NCBI GenBank assembly: GCA_903833055.1
Contig: CAILDU010000143.1
Span: 1 to 53,725, forward strand
Length of the DNA stretch: 53,725 bases
Direction: 5' to 3'
From: an uncultured Verrucomicrobia subdivision 3 bacterium
Lineage (GTDB): Bacteria > Verrucomicrobiota > Verrucomicrobiia > Limisphaerales > UBA11358
Positions 26,436 through 35,594 of the stretch are shown piece by piece; position 1 is the stretch's first letter; every line of letters begins with the position of its first letter. The translations under genes and the position numbers were made by a program. The notes below the pieces were generated by a model that was not told the DNA's origin, made no database searches, and saw only the letters and a list, made by a program, of their open reading frames with translations.

Positions 26436-29261
26436 ATGACCAGCAACCAAATCCGCCAGTCGTTCCTCGACTTCTTCAAGTCGAAGTCGCACACCATTGT
26501 CCCGTCTTCGAGCCTCATGCCCGATTCGCCGAACCTTTTGTTCACGAATGCCGGTATGAACCAGTTCGTGCCCATCTTCCTTGGCCAGACCAAATGCCCT
26601 TACACGCCCGGTCGCGCGGCGGACACGCAGAAGTGCATCCGCGCCGGCGGCAAGCACAACGACCTCGACGACGTCGGCCTCGACACCTATCACCACACGT
26701 TCTTCGAGATGCTCGGCAACTGGTCTTTCGGCGATTATTTCAAGAAAGACGCCATCAACTGGGCGTGGGAACTCGTCATCGAAGTCTGGAAATTTCCACC
26801 GCAACGCATCTACGCTACGATATACCAGCCGAACAAGGAGAAGAACGACCCCGCCGACCGCGACGACGAAGCGTGGAATTTCTGGGCGGAAAAATTCCGC
26901 AGCGTCGGCCTCGACCCCGCCATCCACATCGTCAACGGCGGCAAGAAAGATAATTTCTGGATGATGGGCGAGACCGGCCCGTGCGGTCCCTGCACCGAAA
27001 TCCACGTGGATCTGCGCCCCGGCCCCGCGCAGACCGACCTCGACGCGCAAACCTCCGGCGCGAAACTCGTCAACGGTTCCGACGCCCGTTGCATCGAGAT
27101 TTGGAACAACGTCTTCATCCAATACAACGCCAATCCCGACGGCACCTTCACGCCGCTGCCCGCGCAGCATGTGGACACCGGCATGGGATTCGAGCGCGTC
27201 ACCAGCATCATCCAGGGCACGAAGAACCTGACCGATTTCCAGAACGCCAAGATTTCCAACTACGAGACCGACATTTTCCGCCCCATCTTCGACGCCATCG
27301 AAAAATTGAGCGGCAAGAAATACGGCTCCACGCTCCCGAAACCCGGCAGCACCGGCGACACCGAGCAGGAAAAAGCCGACGTCGCGTTTCGCGTCATCGC
27401 TGACCACATCCGCACGCTGTCGTTCGCGATTGCCGACGGCATCCAACCCGGCAACAACGACCGCAACTACGTTTTGCGCCGCATCCTGCGCCGCGCGGTG
27501 CGTTACGGCCGCACGCTCGGCTTCCACGAACCGTTCTTCTACAAACTCGTGGACGTGCTCGCCGACACGATGGGCGATGTGTTCCCCGAAATCCGCGCCA
27601 AGAAGAAAATTGTTCAGGAAACAATTCAACGCGAGGAAGAGGCGTTTAATAAAACGCTAGATAAAGGAATTGATTTGTTTGAGGCGTTTATATCTCAAAA
27701 AAGCATTTACAATCCAAACCTTGCCAAGGCAGCTAACCTTGGCGACCGCAATCGTCCGACACTGTTATCACTGGATGATTCGGAGACGTTGGCTTCGGTA
27801 AGAAATCTATCCAATTTTGATTTGCCAGACGTATTTGTCTTCAAACTTTACGACACCTACGGTTTTCCGCTCGACCTCACCGAGTTGATGGCGCGCGAAC
27901 GCGGTTTGACCGTGGACAAGGACGGTTTTGAAAAATTGATGGAAGAGCAGCGCGCCCGCGCCCGCGCCGCGCAGAAAAAAGAAGTCATTTCCCTCTCGCA
28001 AATCGAAACGACGACGCCGACAAAATTTACCGGCTTTGAAAAATTGGAATCGCCCGCGCGCGTGCTCGAAATCGTCAGCGTCAAAGACAAAACCGCCGTC
28101 GTGCTGGACACGTCGCCGTTTTACGCCGAGATGGGCGGCCAGGTCGGCGACACCGGCGAGTTGACCGGCAGCGGCCAGCTCTGGCGCGTCACCAACACGC
28201 AGAAGTCCGGCAACACCTTCCTGCACTTCGTCGAAGGCGGCGATGCTCCGGCTGTCGGCGCAGCCATCACGCTCGCGGTTGAAAAATCCCGCCGCGATGC
28301 GATTCAACGCCACCACACCGTCACGCATTTGCTGCATTGGGCGTTGCACGAAGTCGCCAGCAAGGAGGCGTCGCAGAAGGGTTCGTTCGTCGGGCCGGAC
28401 AAGTTGACGTTCGATTTCAACAGCGCGCCGCTCACGCCCGCGCAGGTCGCCGACATCGAGAAACTCGTCAACGAACGCATCCTCGAAAACGCCGGCGTCT
28501 CGTGGACGGAAGTCGCGCACACCGACGTGAAGAACCGCAAGGACGTGATGCAATTCTTCGGCGACAAATACGGCGACACCGTGCGCGTCGTCCAAATCGG
28601 CGGCACCGCCGGAAAGCTGGACGGCTACTCGATGGAACTCTGCGGCGGAACGCACACGCGCGCGACCGGCGAGATCGGCTTGTTCCGCATCGTCAGCGAA
28701 GCTGCGGTGGCGGCAGGCGTCCGCCGCATCGAAGCCGTCGCCGGATTGAGCGCCTACGATTTGGCGAATCAACAGGTGCAACTCATCAAGACCATTGCCG
28801 GCAAAATCAATTCACCCGTCGGCGAGTTGGAGAAAAAAGTCGAAGCCTTGCTCGCGCATCAAAAAGAATTGGAGAAGTCCCTCAAGTCCGCGCAGCAACG
28901 CGAGGCGGCTGGCAGTGCGAAAGAATTGCTGGAACGGGCCGAGACGGTGCTCGGCGTTCCGGCCATCATCGCGAATCTTGGCGCGACGGATGGCGATACG
29001 CTTCAAACCATCGTGGATTCATTGAAGTCGCAGTTCAAAGGCGTGGTCGTGCTCGGCGGCGCAGCGAATGGCGCGGTCACTTTGATTGCCTCCGTGTCAG
29101 CCGACTACACCGCGAAAGTTCAGGCCGGCAAAATTATCCAGACCATCGCGCCCATCGTCGGCGGCAAAGGCGGCGGCAAGCCGGACAACGCGCGCGGCGG
29201 CGGCAAAGACGCGGGCAAGCTCGACGAAGCGTTGGCGAAAGCAAAGACGTTGCTCGGATGA
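26436..29261 (+). CDS. alaS: alanine--tRNA ligase
   Basis: MTSNQIRQSFLDFFKSKSH start, KHHTFFEMLGNWSFGDYFK motif and C-terminal DHHA1 GGKGGG. The track start at 26298 is an upstream extension. Confidence 0.9.
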   Translation: MTSNQIRQSFLDFFKSKSHTIVPSSSLMPDSPNLLFTNAGMNQFVPIFLGQTKCPYTPGRAADTQKCIRAGGKHNDLDDVGLDTYHHTFFEMLGNWSFGDYFKKDAINWAWELVIEVWKFPPQRIYATIYQPNKEKNDPADRDDEAWNFWAEKFRSVGLDPAIHIVNGGKKDNFWMMGETGPCGPCTEIHVDLRPGPAQTDLDAQTSGAKLVNGSDARCIEIWNNVFIQYNANPDGTFTPLPAQHVDTGMGFERVTSIIQGTKNLTDFQNAKISNYETDIFRPIFDAIEKLSGKKYGSTLPKPGSTGDTEQEKADVAFRVIADHIRTLSFAIADGIQPGNNDRNYVLRRILRRAVRYGRTLGFHEPFFYKLVDVLADTMGDVFPEIRAKKKIVQETIQREEEAFNKTLDKGIDLFEAFISQKSIYNPNLAKAANLGDRNRPTLLSLDDSETLASVRNLSNFDLPDVFVFKLYDTYGFPLDLTELMARERGLTVDKDGFEKLMEEQRARARAAQKKEVISLSQIETTTPTKFTGFEKLESPARVLEIVSVKDKTAVVLDTSPFYAEMGGQVGDTGELTGSGQLWRVTNTQKSGNTFLHFVEGGDAPAVGAAITLAVEKSRRDAIQRHHTVTHLLHWALHEVASKEASQKGSFVGPDKLTFDFNSAPLTPAQVADIEKLVNERILENAGVSWTEVAHTDVKNRKDVMQFFGDKYGDTVRVVQIGGTAGKLDGYSMELCGGTHTRATGEIGLFRIVSEAAVAAGVRRIEAVAGLSAYDLANQQVQLIKTIAGKINSPVGELEKKVEALLAHQKELEKSLKSAQQREAAGSAKELLERAETVLGVPAIIANLGATDGDTLQTIVDSLKSQFKGVVVLGGAANGAVTLIASVSADYTAKVQAGKIIQTIAPIVGGKGGGKPDNARGGGKDAGKLDEALAKAKTLLG

Positions 29262-29692
29262 GCGAAACGCGTTCACTTTACGAACGGCTCGGCGGGCACG
29301 AGGGCATTCTGAAGCTCATCAAACCGTTTTATGCCGACGTGCGCCAACACGAATTGCTCGGCCCAATTTTCAATTCGCACATCCAAGATTGGTCGGCGCA
29401 TCTGGAAAAAATCGCGGACTTCTGGGCGTTGCAAGCGGGCGGCGCCTCGCGTTATCAAGGTGGTTTTGCCCGCGCGCACATGGGGCTAGGCTTGCGTCCG
29501 GAACATTTTCAAAACTGGATTGCGCTGTGGGAATTCAACAATGCCCGTTCGTTGCCGCCTCAAGAAGCGAGTGAGCTGAATGCGCTGGCGCACGAACTTG
29601 GACGGCGGTTATTCGCAATGACGCAAGGCCAGAATCCGCCAGCCGGCTTGCGCGGTTTCAAGTTTTCGGCAGCCAAACCGCCAGTGAATTAG
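29258..29692 (+). CDS. truncated hemoglobin (group III-like globin)
   Basis: 144 aa; LYERLGG...ILKLIKPFYADV is typical of trHb N-termini. An ATGA overlap links it to the alaS stop. It is in frame with the spurious long ORF 28337-29692. Confidence 0.65.
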   Translation: MSETRSLYERLGGHEGILKLIKPFYADVRQHELLGPIFNSHIQDWSAHLEKIADFWALQAGGASRYQGGFARAHMGLGLRPEHFQNWIALWEFNNARSLPPQEASELNALAHELGRRLFAMTQGQNPPAGLRGFKFSAAKPPVN

Positions 29693-29767
29693 TTGCCGGA
29701 GCGTTTGCCGCTAAACTTTTTTAAGCAGGTGCGTGTAACTTGTTTTCAAATTCCCGCGTCCAAGCAG

Positions 29768-29941
29768 ATGATCATGAAAACACTCGTCAATCTGGTGCTC
29801 GCTGCCTTGTTGGTGTCATCCGTCGCGTCTGCGAATGCGGCGGGCTTTGGCAAACATCAGCACGGCAAAAAAGCCGCCCATCACGCTGGCAAACACCACA
29901 AAGGTCACTTCGCCGGCAAGCATCACCACCGCCACGCCTAA
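29768..29941 (+). CDS. small secreted histidine-rich protein (57 aa)
   Basis: The signal peptide MIMKTLVNLVLAALLVSSVASANA is followed by GFGKHQHGKKAAHHAGKHHKGHFAGKHHHRHA. Confidence 0.5.
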   Translation: MIMKTLVNLVLAALLVSSVASANAAGFGKHQHGKKAAHHAGKHHKGHFAGKHHHRHA

Positions 29942-29952
29942 AAACGTGCGGT

Positions 29953-29998
29953 CAAAAAAAATCCCCGCATCTGGCGATGCGGGGATTTTTTGTTTTTC
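29953..29998. terminator. bidirectional rho-independent terminator
   Basis: An A-run, then ATCCCCGCAT-ctggcg-ATGCGGGGAT, then a T-run. It lies between convergent genes. Confidence 0.8.
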
Positions 29999-30015
29999 AG
30001 AATGTGGCAATAATT

Positions 30016-31854
30016 TTATAACCGCGCGATGAGCAGTTCGCGTTGGAAGACGAGTTCCTTAGGTAACTGGCTGTAAAGCTTGATGAACAATTCGTCCTGC
30101 ATTACGAGTTCGCGATGCCATTCGGATTGATCAATTTTTTGCGCCTCAGCAAATTTCTCCACGGTCATTTCGTTTTCCAAGCCGCGCATGTCGAGGTCCT
30201 GATATTCCGGCACCCAGCCGATGGAAGTTTCGATGGCGTGCGCGCCGAGTTGGCAACGTTGCACGACCCATTTTAGCACGCGCATGTTGTCGCCGAAACC
30301 GGGCCAGAGAAATTTTCCTTCCGGCGATTTGCGGAACCAGTTCACATGAAAAACGCGCGGGAGATGTTTGACGAGGCGGCGCATTTCGAGCCAGTGCGCA
30401 AAATAATCGCCCATGTTATAACCGCAAAACGGCAGCATCGCCATCGGATCGCGACGCACTTGACCGAGCGTGCCGGCGGCGGCGGCGGTCATTTCGGAAC
30501 CCACCGTCGCGCCGAGATAAACGCCGTGAACCCAGTTAAACGCCTGAAAAATCAAGGGCATCGTCGTCGCGCGGCGTCCGCCAAAAATCATCGCGCTGAT
30601 GCGCACGCCTTCGGGATTTTCCCAATCGGGATCAATGATTGGGCAATTTTTCGCAGGCGCAGTAAAGCGGCTGTTCGCATGGCTGGTGACGACGGGTTTG
30701 CCTTCCGCATCTTTTTTATCCGGCGTCCAGTCTTTGCCTTTCCAATCAATCAAATGCGCGGGCGGAACTTTGCTCATGCCTTCCCACCACACATCGCCTT
30801 CGTCAGTGAGCGCGACGTTGGTGAAGATGGTATCGCGTTTGATGGAGTCCATCGCCATCGGGTTGCTGCTGTAAGACGTGCCCGGTGCGACGCCAAAGAA
30901 ACCGGCTTCCGGATTGATCGCGTGTAAATGGCCGTCCGCGCCAGGTTTGATCCACGCGATGTCATCGCCGATGCAGGAAATTTCCCAACCTTCATCCTTG
31001 AGATGTTTTGGCGGAATGATCATCGCGAAATTCGTTTTGCCACACGCGCTCGGGAACGCGGCGGAGACGTAAGTTTTTTTGCCGGACGGCTCCTTCACGC
31101 CGAGGATCAACATGTGTTCGGCCATCCAACCTTCGTCGCGCGCCATCGCCGAAGCGATGCGCAGCGCGAAACATTTTTTGCCAAGCAACGCATTGCCGCC
31201 GTAACCGGAGCCGTAGCTCATGATCAATCGGTCTTCAGGAAAATGCGTGATGTAAGTATCCTCGGGATTGCACGGCCACGGCACATCTTTCGCGCCCGCC
31301 GCGAGCGGCATGCCGACGGAGTGGAGACATTTTACAAACGTGCCGGTCTTTTCGATTTGCGCATACACACCCACGCCCATGCGCGTCATGATGCGCATGT
31401 TGGCGACGACATACGGGCTGTCGGAAATCTCGATGCCATATTGCGAAATGGGCGAACCAATCGGTCCCATGCTGAAAGGAATAACGTAAAGCGTGCGGCC
31501 TTTCATGCAACCGGTGAAGAGGCCGTTGAGCTTGGCCTTCATCGTCGCGGGCGCTTCCCAATTATTCGTCGGGCCGGCGTCCTTCGGCGATTTGGAGCAG
31601 ATGAAAGTGCGCTGCTCCACGCGCGCCACGTCGCGCGGGTCGCTACGGACGAGCAGGGAATTCGGGCGCAGTTTTTCGTTGAGCCACAGACCCGCGCCGG
31701 ACGCTACAATCCGGTCGCGCATTACTTTATCTTCCGCCTCGGAGCCATCGCACCAATAAACTTGATCCGGTTGACAGACTTTGATTTGTTCCTCGACCCA
31801 GCGGATGACCGACGGGTTAGTGGTGTTGCAATTGCCAAATGTGTTTTTGCTCAT
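30016..31854 (-). CDS. pckG: phosphoenolpyruvate carboxykinase (GTP)
   Basis: 612 aa with the FPSACGKTN kinase-1a motif and [10 protein letters not shown], both characteristic of GTP-PEPCK. Confidence 0.9.
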   Translation of the reverse strand: MSKNTFGNCNTTNPSVIRWVEEQIKVCQPDQVYWCDGSEAEDKVMRDRIVASGAGLWLNEKLRPNSLLVRSDPRDVARVEQRTFICSKSPKDAGPTNNWEAPATMKAKLNGLFTGCMKGRTLYVIPFSMGPIGSPISQYGIEISDSPYVVANMRIMTRMGVGVYAQIEKTGTFVKCLHSVGMPLAAGAKDVPWPCNPEDTYITHFPEDRLIMSYGSGYGGNALLGKKCFALRIASAMARDEGWMAEHMLILGVKEPSGKKTYVSAAFPSACGKTNFAMIIPPKHLKDEGWEISCIGDDIAWIKPGADGHLHAINPEAGFFGVAPGTSYSSNPMAMDSIKRDTIFTNVALTDEGDVWWEGMSKVPPAHLIDWKGKDWTPDKKDAEGKPVVTSHANSRFTAPAKNCPIIDPDWENPEGVRISAMIFGGRRATTMPLIFQAFNWVHGVYLGATVGSEMTAAAAGTLGQVRRDPMAMLPFCGYNMGDYFAHWLEMRRLVKHLPRVFHVNWFRKSPEGKFLWPGFGDNMRVLKWVVQRCQLGAHAIETSIGWVPEYQDLDMRGLENEMTVEKFAEAQKIDQSEWHRELVMQDELFIKLYSQLPKELVFQRELLIARL

Positions 31855-32030
31855 GTTGATCTTCCTTTTGTAAGTTCCTGCATGCCCCCTAGTGTAATTA
31901 GCCGCCTCGTCCGCAGCTTTGCAAAATTTGCTAAAGTATCAACTTATTTTATTGGCACTAGTTGGCCGCACATTAAGTCAAAATTATTATTACTTCGCGC
32001 CGCAAATGTCCTTGTGCTAGAAGTTAAGCC

Positions 32031-34352
32031 ATGAGTTCAGGACATGGACATCGGCACGAAGAACCGGCGGCAATTTGTCTGGCGCGCTGCGTCGCTGATA
32101 CATTTTCCGAGGAGCCGATGCTGGAAGCGGTGACGATTGATACTGTGCAAAAGAAAATTTCCGTCGCTACGCTCGGTCGCGCCGACGTGGAAAAACTCAC
32201 ACAAAAAATTTCTGCTAAAATTTCGTCCGCACAAAATTCCGCTGCCAGCGAAACCTGTTCTTTATTTTCCGGCAAAAATAATTGCGCCGTGTGCGACTCG
32301 CCATTGTCTGCGAACGAACAAAAACTTATCACCATCCACCGCGACGCCACGGCTACGACCATCGCGCGCGTCACCTGTCCGACCGCACCGAAGTTCTGGC
32401 GCTGGCGCGATATTCCGTTTCCCAAAATTGCGCCGCGCGAAATGGAAATCCACGACGACGACCACCACATTGACGAATGGAAAGGCCAGCTCGTCCTCGC
32501 CATCGCGTGTGGCGTGGCCGGATTGACGGCTTACTTTTTCGGCAAAGCCGATCAACCGGGAATCGCCATTATTAGCTACGCCATTGCTTATCTCGCGGGC
32601 GCATTTTTCGCCGCCGAAGAAGTTTTGGAGCGTCTACACAAACGCATATTGGACGTGCATTTTCTCATGCTTGCCGTTGCGTTTGGCGCGGCCACCATCG
32701 GTGCGTGGGCGGAAGGCGCGACGCTGCTATTTCTGTTTTCCTTTTCCGGCGCACTGGAGCATTACGCCTTTGGCCGCACGCAGAAGGAAATCCGCTCGCT
32801 CTTCCGCGATGCGCCGAAAACCGCCACGCTCATTGACGCGAATGGAAACGAAACAGAAATTCCCGTTGAAAACATTTCCAAAGGCGTGCGTTTGCTCATC
32901 AAGCCCGGCGCGCAATTTCCCGTGGACGCGGAAATCGCCAAGGGAAACACCGCTGCGGATGAATCCAATCTCACCGGTGAAGCTGCGCCCGTCGAAAAAA
33001 TCATTGGCGACACCGCGCTCGCTGGCACTTTGAATCTTTGGGGCGCGGTTGAAGTCATCGTCCTGCGACCGGCGGCGGAAAGCTCGCTGCAAAAAATCAT
33101 CACGCTCATCCGCGAGGCGCAGCATCAGAAAGCGCCCGCGCAAATGTTTGCCGACAAGTTCAGCACCTTTTACACTTACGGCGCGCTCGGCCTGTCGCTC
33201 GCGATGTTTTTTGTGTGGCGGTTTGTTTTGAATTATCCGGCGTTCACTTCCACCGCCGAAGTTCACAGCGCATTTTATCGCACGATGACGCTGCTCGTCG
33301 TGTCATCGCCGTGCGCGCTCGTGCTGTCCATCCCGTCCGCCGTGCTGGCGGCAATCGCGTGGGCGGCGCGGCATGGAATTTTATTTCGCGGCGGCGCAGC
33401 GGTGGAAAAACTGGCCGAAATCAACGTCGTCGCGCTCGACAAAACCGGCACGCTCACGACTGGCGAACTGCGCGTGGAACAGGTGGAAAGTTTTCCGCCC
33501 GGACGCGAAAATGAAATCGCGCAGCTTGCGTATTCGCTGGAAAAATTGTCCACGCATCCGCTCGCCCGCGCCATCACGCGCCACGGCAAACAGCAGAATC
33601 TCGCGACGCACGAATTCTCGCAGTTTGAATCCGTCACCGGCCAAGGCTTGAAAGCGAAGCGCGATGGCAAAGAAGTTTTTTTGGGCAAACGCGAATGGGT
33701 GGAGACGCAAATGGCGCGCGGTGAATTTGCCGCGCCGCAATCCGGCGTGGGCACGTCCGAAGTCTGGATTGCCAGCGACGGTTTGATTGGCCGCGTTGTG
33801 TTGCGCGACGACATCCGTCCGCAGTCGGCGGAGGTGATGGCGCAATTGCGCGCACGCGGGCTGCATATTGTTGTGCTGACCGGCGATCGCGAAGCTGCCG
33901 CTGAACATTTGCGAACGGAATTAAAACTCGACGACGTGCGCGCCGAGTTGAAGCCGGAACAAAAAGTCGCGGCAATTCAGGAATTTTCCGCTGCCGGAAA
34001 AAAGGTGGCGATGATTGGCGACGGCGTGAATGACGCGCCGAGTTTGGCCGTCGCGCATATCGGCGTGGCAATGGGCGCGCGCGGGGCGGACGCCGCGTTG
34101 GAGCAGGCCGACGTGGTGCTGATGAACGACAAGCTGGAAAATTTTCTCGCTGCGTTCCGTTTGAGCCATCGCGCGCGGAGCATTATCCGGCAGAATCTTT
34201 TTATCTCGCTCGGCACGGTCGTCGTGCTGGTGACGTTCGCGTTGTTCGGCAAAATCCCGCTGACCCTCGGCGTGGTCGGCCACGAAGGCAGCACGGTCAT
34301 CGTCGTGATGAACAGCCTGCGGCTGCTATTCGGGGGTGGGAAAAAACTTTAG
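32031..34352 (+). CDS. heavy-metal translocating P1B-type ATPase (SPC motif)
   Basis: DKTGTLT phosphorylation site, SPC in the transmembrane metal site, GDGVNDAP hinge and a His-rich N-terminus (GHGHRHEE). Confidence 0.9.
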   Translation: MSSGHGHRHEEPAAICLARCVADTFSEEPMLEAVTIDTVQKKISVATLGRADVEKLTQKISAKISSAQNSAASETCSLFSGKNNCAVCDSPLSANEQKLITIHRDATATTIARVTCPTAPKFWRWRDIPFPKIAPREMEIHDDDHHIDEWKGQLVLAIACGVAGLTAYFFGKADQPGIAIISYAIAYLAGAFFAAEEVLERLHKRILDVHFLMLAVAFGAATIGAWAEGATLLFLFSFSGALEHYAFGRTQKEIRSLFRDAPKTATLIDANGNETEIPVENISKGVRLLIKPGAQFPVDAEIAKGNTAADESNLTGEAAPVEKIIGDTALAGTLNLWGAVEVIVLRPAAESSLQKIITLIREAQHQKAPAQMFADKFSTFYTYGALGLSLAMFFVWRFVLNYPAFTSTAEVHSAFYRTMTLLVVSSPCALVLSIPSAVLAAIAWAARHGILFRGGAAVEKLAEINVVALDKTGTLTTGELRVEQVESFPPGRENEIAQLAYSLEKLSTHPLARAITRHGKQQNLATHEFSQFESVTGQGLKAKRDGKEVFLGKREWVETQMARGEFAAPQSGVGTSEVWIASDGLIGRVVLRDDIRPQSAEVMAQLRARGLHIVVLTGDREAAAEHLRTELKLDDVRAELKPEQKVAAIQEFSAAGKKVAMIGDGVNDAPSLAVAHIGVAMGARGADAALEQADVVLMNDKLENFLAAFRLSHRARSIIRQNLFISLGTVVVLVTFALFGKIPLTLGVVGHEGSTVIVVMNSLRLLFGGGKKL

Positions 34353-35594
34353 CCACAGATTTCCACAGATGAAACACAGATGGGGAAACGCCAAGACATT
34401 AAGTCGCCGACCAGAATTCAATTTGCTATTAAACGGTTTAGTTCGCCGTAAGTCTTACCTCGGTGTTTTTCAATAAAAGTTGCTAAAACGCGCCAATAAT
34501 TTCTTTTACGATACTTGGTAAGTGTATTGCATAACCAAGTAATGCAGCCCCTACTATCACAAGTTGTTTATGTTTATTAAACACTTTATGCCTCGCAATA
34601 GAATAGGCGGGTCGTTTAATTGCGCCCCATAATGTTGAATGAATGGAAAGCAGCCCTGCTAGAGTGAGTAGCAGGACAACCAAAAACAACCACGCCACTC
34701 CATAAAATCCCAAGAAACAAATTACATAGTCAAAATGAGAGTGTGCTACGAATCCATATAAAACTCGCCCCGTGCTATCAGTGTTTTTGTAAAGACTGCT
34801 ACTCATTGTATAGACAATAAATCCTATAACCATTAAGGCTAAAATTATCCCCTTACTTTTGTTATTAGATTTTTTGCCTATGAATACAGTTTCAACAACA
34901 TTACGAAATATAGGTGGAAACTGAATAATTGCTATCAATGCAAATACAAGAGGGGGCGCATTGATAAACAAATAATCAATCATAGTCATATCGGGATATA
35001 CGTCAGGGCTGATTTTTGAAAAATAAAACGTATCTGTTACTATTTGACATAAGAAAACAAGGATGGAAACCGTAGCAGTAATTAACCACAGCCGTTTACT
35101 TTGCTGATATGTCTTTAGAAGCGGTGATAGTAACAATGCGAGAAATGAGACAGCGAAACTGAATTGGCTAACATTGTGTAATAGGAAATAGTCCAAAGTT
35201 AGTCCCCTGCTCGCAAAATATATTGTGCAGATAGACACCATGGAACTTATTGTAAGAAAAGATAAGCAGCAGTTAGAAACCAGATTTTGTTTAGTCCATA
35301 CCTTATCACCAAAGATTTTAGTTATCCCTAAATTAGCAGCCAGTCCTAGTTTCTGAATAATTGTGACATGGCCACGAATAGCTTTTTCACTCTTTTCATC
35401 TAGAAATCGCCAAAGCTCATCTAACTTATTATGTATAGTATTTTCCTCATTTTCATAAAGGAAAAGACCGCAATACACAAATACCGCACCGGCCATTCCA
35501 GCCAAGCAATGAGAATCAAAAACAAGCCAGTCCATATTTTTGTTTTACTGGATAGGCTTGCCGAATCTGTGTTTCATCTGTGGAAATCTGTGGC
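34352..35594. mobile_element. cassette D: 1243-bp element with perfect 30-bp terminal inverted repeats and TA/TA flanks, carrying one AT-rich membrane-protein gene
   Basis: 34352-34381 GCCACAGATTTCCACAGATGAAACACAGAT is identical (30 of 30) to the reverse complement of 35565-35594. Each arm has three CACAGAT units, spaced 10/11 bp and mirrored. TA lies at 34350-51 and 35595-96. Confidence 0.8.
34483..35535 (-). CDS. orphan polytopic membrane protein (about 8-9 predicted TM helices)
   Basis: 350-aa ORF, strongly AT-rich, with multiple long hydrophobic segments. I recognise no family motif. Confidence 0.6.
   Translation of the reverse strand: MDWLVFDSHCLAGMAGAVFVYCGLFLYENEENTIHNKLDELWRFLDEKSEKAIRGHVTIIQKLGLAANLGITKIFGDKVWTKQNLVSNCCLSFLTISSMVSICTIYFASRGLTLDYFLLHNVSQFSFAVSFLALLLSPLLKTYQQSKRLWLITATVSILVFLCQIVTDTFYFSKISPDVYPDMTMIDYLFINAPPLVFALIAIIQFPPIFRNVVETVFIGKKSNNKSKGIILALMVIGFIVYTMSSSLYKNTDSTGRVLYGFVAHSHFDYVICFLGFYGVAWLFLVVLLLTLAGLLSIHSTLWGAIKRPAYSIARHKVFNKHKQLVIVGAALLGYAIHLPSIVKEIIGAF

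Noticed and set aside
28337-29257. N-terminal 300 aa of track ORF 28337-29692
   Set aside because: This is an out-of-frame read-through of alaS with an Arg-rich nonsense translation. Only the part from the ATG at 29258 has globin-like sequence.
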